Shown piece after piece: positions 56,443 through 60,536 of a DNA stretch of 60,536 bases. The translations under genes were made by a program, and so were the position numbers. The notes below the pieces were generated by a model. The model saw only the letters and a list, made by a program, of their open reading frames with translations. It searched no databases and was not told the origin of the DNA. Every line of letters starts with the position of its first letter. Position 1 is the stretch's first letter. Source of the DNA: a virus (taxonomy: Duplodnaviria > Caudoviricetes); the IMG/VR virus record IMGVR_UViG_3300044648_000299, positions 1 to 60,536 of that record; one strand, 5' to 3'.

Positions 56443-57256
56443 CTAGCTCCTCCTCGTGCTGGTTCAACACGGCCTGCGTGCCGACGAAGTCCGCCCCGTC
56501 GTGCTGGCCACCCGCGTTCATGATCCCGGTCGGAGCCCAGCCCGCGCCGACGAACCCGCGAGCCTGCTCGATCGTCATGGGCTGCCGCTTCGGCCCGGCC
56601 GCTTGGCCGCCTGCGGTGGTGGTGAGCCAGCGGGCCAGGGCTTCGGCGTCGGGGAACACCGGGGAGACGGGGGAGCCTTCGGACACCGTCTCCCACATCT
56701 GCCAGCCCCCGCCCTCGGGAGGGTCAGTCGCCACCCACGCTTCTCGTTCGGCGCGCTGCCCCTCGTATCGCTCGTGCTCGCCGTGCCCCTCGCAGTGCTC
56801 GCACATTCCCCAGGTGTCCAGACCGGACGCCTTCACGATGGCCTTGTAGAGGTCGTACTCGGCATTGGGTCCGCCGAATCCGCCGATCTGGTTGGGTTCG
56901 CACCGGGAGATGCCAGCGAGGAGTTGGGTGATGTCGGCGCTCGGGCGCATCACGTCGTAGTCGTTGGACGCGAACGGGCGGTGTTGGTCCCGGTCGGGCC
57001 GCCACTTGATGGGCGGGTAGGCGTCGTTCGCGAGCCACGGGTGCATGGGCTTGCCGCGTTCTTGGTCGCGTACATCGGTGGCGAGCATGGCGATGCGGGA
57101 GCAGAGGAGGTAAAGCCAGCGGGAGGACCAGGTTTCTCCGCCGTTGCACTGGTCGCAGGGCTTGCCGTGGAGTGATTCGGGGGTGAGGTAGCCCTCCCAA
57201 ACCTTGCCGATGGGCCAGTCGAAGTTGAGCGGGACTCTGCGGATTTCACGGCCCAT
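56435..57256 (-). CDS. Conserved phage hypothetical protein with CxxC motifs
   Basis: MGREIRRVP..FDWP..KVW.G; GWQ.WET.SEGSP.SPVF. Confidence 0.75.
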   Translation of the reverse strand: MGREIRRVPLNFDWPIGKVWEGYLTPESLHGKPCDQCNGGETWSSRWLYLLCSRIAMLATDVRDQERGKPMHPWLANDAYPPIKWRPDRDQHRPFASNDYDVMRPSADITQLLAGISRCEPNQIGGFGGPNAEYDLYKAIVKASGLDTWGMCEHCEGHGEHERYEGQRAEREAWVATDPPEGGGWQMWETVSEGSPVSPVFPDAEALARWLTTTAGGQAAGPKRQPMTIEQARGFVGAGWAPTGIMNAGGQHDGADFVGTQAVLNQHEEELGA

Positions 57257-57500
57257 CGGGTTCCTCCTCGGTCGTGGCCTGCTCCAGCGGGAACGTGGGC
57301 CAGTGCTTCTTCGGGTTCGCCGCGTGCCATGCCCGCACCTGGTCGGCGACCTCCGCATCAACGAACAGCGGCGTCTTCGGGACGTCTCTCAGTGTGTACG
57401 CCGGTAGGCGACCGGCTCGGTACTGGAGGCGCAGGGCGCGCGCTGAGATCCCGAGCTGCTCGGCGAGGTCTGTGAGGGCTACCGGCCGTCTGTGCGTCAC
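57246..57500 (-). CDS. HTH DNA-binding protein divergent from the transfer operon (Kor-like candidate); start uncertain
   Basis: LTDLAEQLGISARALR....GRLP. Confidence 0.6.
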   Translation of the reverse strand: MTHRRPVALTDLAEQLGISARALRLQYRAGRLPAYTLRDVPKTPLFVDAEVADQVRAWHAANPKKHWPTFPLEQATTEEEPDGP

Positions 57501-57580
57501 AACTCGGAAGTCTGCCCCGGGGTGATCGTCACGTCTGCCCTTGCTGGGCAAAAGCGCTGATGTCGGGGGCGGCATGGATC

Positions 57581-57615
57581 AAAGACTACCAAGCATGGAA
57601 GTCTTTTGCTACAGT
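57581..57615. promoter_or_regulatory. Inverted-repeat operator and -10 upstream of the transfer operon
   Basis: AAAGACTACCA-AGCA-TGGAAGTCTTT; TACAGT at 57610-57615. Confidence 0.6.
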
Positions 57616-57660
57616 CGACCACACACCGCCACCGCCCGACCACCGGAGAGGACGTCCGAG

Positions 57661-57747
57661 ATGCCGAGGAAGTGCAAGGACTGCAAGGACCAGGGCGGCT
57701 GCTCGGACGGCTGCTGCCCGTGCGAGACCTGCGGCAAGACGGGCTGA
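57661..57747 (+). CDS. 28-aa Cys-rich micro-protein (metallothionein-like)
   Basis: MPRKCKDCKDQGGCSDGCCPCETCGKTG; GGAGAGG RBS. Confidence 0.55.
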   Translation: MPRKCKDCKDQGGCSDGCCPCETCGKTG

Positions 57748-57752
57748 CCACG

Positions 57753-58861
57753 ATGCGCATCTACACCGACCCCGCCGAGGCGGCCCGGTACGCCGACCTC
57801 GCACAGGAGCAGCTCCAGCGGGAGATCCGCCACTCCGTCGAGACCACCGATCCCGCCAGGCGCGACGAACACCTCGACTTCGCGGACTGGTTCGCCGAGT
57901 TCGCCGCCGACCACCGCTGATCCGAGAGGACACCCCGCATGACCACCGCCCAGCAGGTCCACCAGACACCTGAGACGGCGCTGCGCGACGTCCGCCGACA
58001 GATCAACGACACCTGGCAGGAACTGCACCGCGACGGCGTCGACTGGAACCCCACCGCAATGCGGCTGCTCAGCCTCCACACCGACTACCTCGCCGCCGCC
58101 TACCAGATGGACCGGATGACCGAGATCCGCGAGGGCTTCGGGTTCTGCCGCGACACCGAACGCGGTGCCGAGCAGTTCGTGAAGGCCCAGCGCGAGCAGC
58201 TGAGCCTCGTGTCCGCGTCGGTCCGGACGCAGGCCAGCCGATGAGCATGACGCAGAGGATCGCCGACCTCGCCAAGACCAACCCTCAGGCGGCGCGCACC
58301 CAGTACGACCGGCTCGACCCCGACGAGAAGCACCGCGTCCGCGACGAGACCGACCACGTCGCCCGCAGAGTGTTCGGCGACGAGCCGAAATGAGCCCCCG
58401 GTGGGCGGCCTGCTGACCTGGACGTCCGGACCGCCCACCGGGTTCCACCACCCACCTAGCAGGAGGGAGGCAGGGCATGTCTACCACCACCGACGTCAGC
58501 GACATCGAGGCACTGGCGGACGCCGTCGGCGTACTGCGCCGCTGAGCCCGCCTCCCCGGTCCCCACCGCCCCCGACCGCACCGACCTGGAGGCCACGATG
58601 CCCGCCCTCCGCACCACCGCCCTCGGCCTGCTCCTCGCCGCCGTCACCACCGGGACGCAGTCCTGCGAGCAGACAGGCGACGCGACCACACCGGTCGTCG
58701 ACGGGCCGTACCTGGAGATGGCCTACACCTGCGACGAGCACGGCGGCCTGATCTGGGTGGAGCCGGACACGCCGCAGACCCGCGAGCAGGCGGTCGTCAA
58801 GTGCGGCCGGCTCGACCGCGAGCTGGACGCCTTGCCCTGGCCCGACGGCATCAACCCCTGA
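57753..58861 (+). CDS. Small ORFs at head of the transfer operon (57753-57920, 57939-58244, 58241-58393, 58477-58545, 58598-58861; the last a possible lipoprotein)
   Basis: RBSs, coupling, signal-like LLLAAVTTGTQSC. Confidence 0.55.
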
Positions 58862-58888
58862 CCCACCCCGTCCCGGAAGGACATCTTC

Positions 58889-59653
58889 GTGACCAGCCAG
58901 GCTGACCGCGACCGGCAGACCCTCAGCGCCATCTCCACGGGCGTGTGGGTCGTGGCGTTCGTCGTCATGGCCGTCTCGGCCTCCACCGCAGCGGACCTGA
59001 TGTCCAAGCACGGGATGCAGTGGCGGGCCGGTCTCGCGATCGGCATCGCCACCGACATCGGCCTGTGCATCGGCCTGCTCGGCGACCAGACCCTTGCCCG
59101 CCTGGGCACGAAGTCGGCGTGGTCGACCCGGTTGCGCTGGGTGGGGCTGGGCATGAGCTTGGTGTTCAACTGCACCGACGCCATCGGAGTTGGAGACCAG
59201 CTCGGGGCGGTGCTCCACGGGTCACCGGTGCTGCTGTTGCTCGTGCTCACCGAAGCCGCTCAGGACTACCGCATGAAGTTGGCGCACGTCACCGAGGCCG
59301 CCAAGCCAGCGCCAGTGGGCGTTCAGCGTCAACCTGCTGCTGTTCCTCATGGGGAGCGCCCGTTACAGCCGCCGAGCCCGCCCGCGAAGACCGTGCCGTC
59401 GAAGCCGGTTGCGCCCGCGATCGAGCAGGCCCGCCCCTCGAACGTCACCCCCATACGGGCCACTGGCACTAAGACGCAGAAACAGTTGGTCGACGAATGG
59501 TTCGCCGCCGAAGTCGGCCGCCGCGGCGGTGACCCCGATGCCGTGACGGGCCCGATGCTCGCCGCCCAGTTCAGCGCTCCGCACCTCGCCAAGAAGATCA
59601 CCGATGTCCGGAAGCGGTACCTCGCCGCGAACCCCACCGCAGTCAACCAGTGA
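58889..59653 (+). CDS. Spd-like (DUF2637-type) multi-TM spread protein with C-terminal DNA-binding-like tail
   Basis: 4 TM helices; D.GL..GL.GD; W...LRW; SL..N; HG.P.LLL...EA; Pro-rich linker. Confidence 0.7.
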   Translation: MTSQADRDRQTLSAISTGVWVVAFVVMAVSASTAADLMSKHGMQWRAGLAIGIATDIGLCIGLLGDQTLARLGTKSAWSTRLRWVGLGMSLVFNCTDAIGVGDQLGAVLHGSPVLLLLVLTEAAQDYRMKLAHVTEAAKPAPVGVQRQPAAVPHGERPLQPPSPPAKTVPSKPVAPAIEQARPSNVTPIRATGTKTQKQLVDEWFAAEVGRRGGDPDAVTGPMLAAQFSAPHLAKKITDVRKRYLAANPTAVNQ

Positions 59654-59681
59654 GCCCCCACCAGGGCGGAAGGACCTGACC

Positions 59682-60116
59682 ATGAACGGCACCATCGTCA
59701 GCACGAGCGTCGTGGGGTTCGTGCTCCTCACCCTCGGCGCGATCATGATGTGGAAGAAGAAGTCCCTGAAGGTCGTCACCTGGCTGTGGTTCCTCGGCGG
59801 CCTCACCGTCTCCGGTGGCCTCATCGCCACCCTTCAGGACGTCCTGCGCCAGGCCGGAGCTGCCGGCGGGAGCGCGCTGGGCATCGGCGTGAACGTCGTC
59901 CTCGGCGTCGTGGGCCTGGGGGCGCTGTACGTGGCGTGGCTGGAAGCGCCGCTGAAGAAGGGCAAGGGCACCCCGAAGGCTTCCACCCCGTTCCTGGCGC
60001 TGGTCGCCCCGATCCTGATCCTGACCACGACCGGGACCCTGGCCGGGTGGTTCGGGGCGCTGGGTGCGTTCGTCGGCCGCCTCGGCGGGCCGCTGGCCAC
60101 CTTCTTCGGGGCGTGA
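59682..60116 (+). CDS. Multi-TM membrane protein (Spd-like)
   Basis: RBS; 4 hydrophobic helices. Confidence 0.7.
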   Translation: MNGTIVSTSVVGFVLLTLGAIMMWKKKSLKVVTWLWFLGGLTVSGGLIATLQDVLRQAGAAGGSALGIGVNVVLGVVGLGALYVAWLEAPLKKGKGTPKASTPFLALVAPILILTTTGTLAGWFGALGAFVGRLGGPLATFFGA

Positions 60117-60120
60117 CGAC

Positions 60121-60536
60121 ATGGGCCTGTTCCTGCTCGTGCTGCTCGTCGCCTGGTTCATCGTCTACCGCACTGGCGCCGACGCGACGTCGATCGCACG
60201 CAGCGGACTGGCCTGGTGCGCGGATCGGCTCGGTGGTGTCGCCGATCGGCTGGCCTCGCGTTCCCCGCTCCTGGCCGGCCTCCTCGGCAAGGGCGCGCGC
60301 GCCGTCGCCGCCAAGCTCAGGCCGCGACACACGCCGATGCAGCCGCGCACCTCCGATGGCCAGGCTCTCCTCAACGCGGCCGGTGGACTGACCGCAGTCG
60401 GGGTGGTGCTGGTGCTGGTGTGGGTGCGGCTGGTCGCGGTCGACGCGGTGTCGGCGACCCGCGGCGCGTACGAGCGGTACTACGTGCCCGGTGAGCCCCG
60501 CTGGCGGCACGTGATGTTCGGGTGGTCGCGGTGGCC
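60121..60536 (+). CDS. 5' part of the origin-spanning membrane protein (continues to 269)
   Basis: MGLFLLVLLVAWFIVY; open through the junction. Confidence 0.7.
   Translation, partial: MGLFLLVLLVAWFIVYRTGADATSIARSGLAWCADRLGGVADRLASRSPLLAGLLGKGARAVAAKLRPRHTPMQPRTSDGQALLNAAGGLTAVGVVLVLVWVRLVAVDAVSATRGAYERYYVPGEPRWRHVMFGWSRW

Noticed and set aside
60410-60536. 127-bp terminal repeat as a biological DTR
   Set aside because: Length matches a common assembler k-mer overlap and it falls mid-gene; treated as a circularity artefact
57600-60536. Separate AICE inserted in the phage or misassembly
   Set aside because: No second integrase, RepSA/RepAM or att duplication seen flanking the module; read-level confirmation still advisable

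Overview
The window is a complete, circularly assembled genome of a very GC-rich temperate siphovirus-type actinophage. Bases 60410-60536 repeat bases 1-127, so the unit length is about 60,409 bp. An intact attP (3' half of a tRNA) next to a tyrosine integrase indicates the excised or virion form. The host is probably a mycelial actinomycete (inferred from WhiB, XRE-DUF5753/DUF397 and TraB/Spd-type genes). Standard modules: early/replication genes on the minus strand (about 4.7-23.6 kb: Cro-like, Sak/Rad52, HNH, beta-clamp-like, WhiB, initiator with iterons, PAPS-reductase family, RusA, MazG); repressor, attP and integrase (23.7-26.3 kb); an XRE/DUF397 pair with a divergent small-gene operon; lysis (holin plus two lysins); and a full tail-head-terminase block (32.7-50.7 kb) with a -1 frameshifted tail chaperone. 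The stand-out feature spans the assembly origin (about 57.6 kb through 4.7 kb). It is an actinomycete plasmid/AICE-style conjugation operon: Spd-like membrane genes, a WXG100-like protein and an FtsK/TraB-like ATPase. Immediately downstream lie two dense non-random motif arrays: a CTGCAA(C/G)AC array, and about 40 polarised GGGGA sites overlaid on coding DNA with a perfect (AGATCCCC)x4 core. These resemble clt/TRS cis-acting transfer loci, suggesting a phage that can also spread by hyphal conjugation. All product calls come from reading motifs and synteny by eye; no database searches were run.
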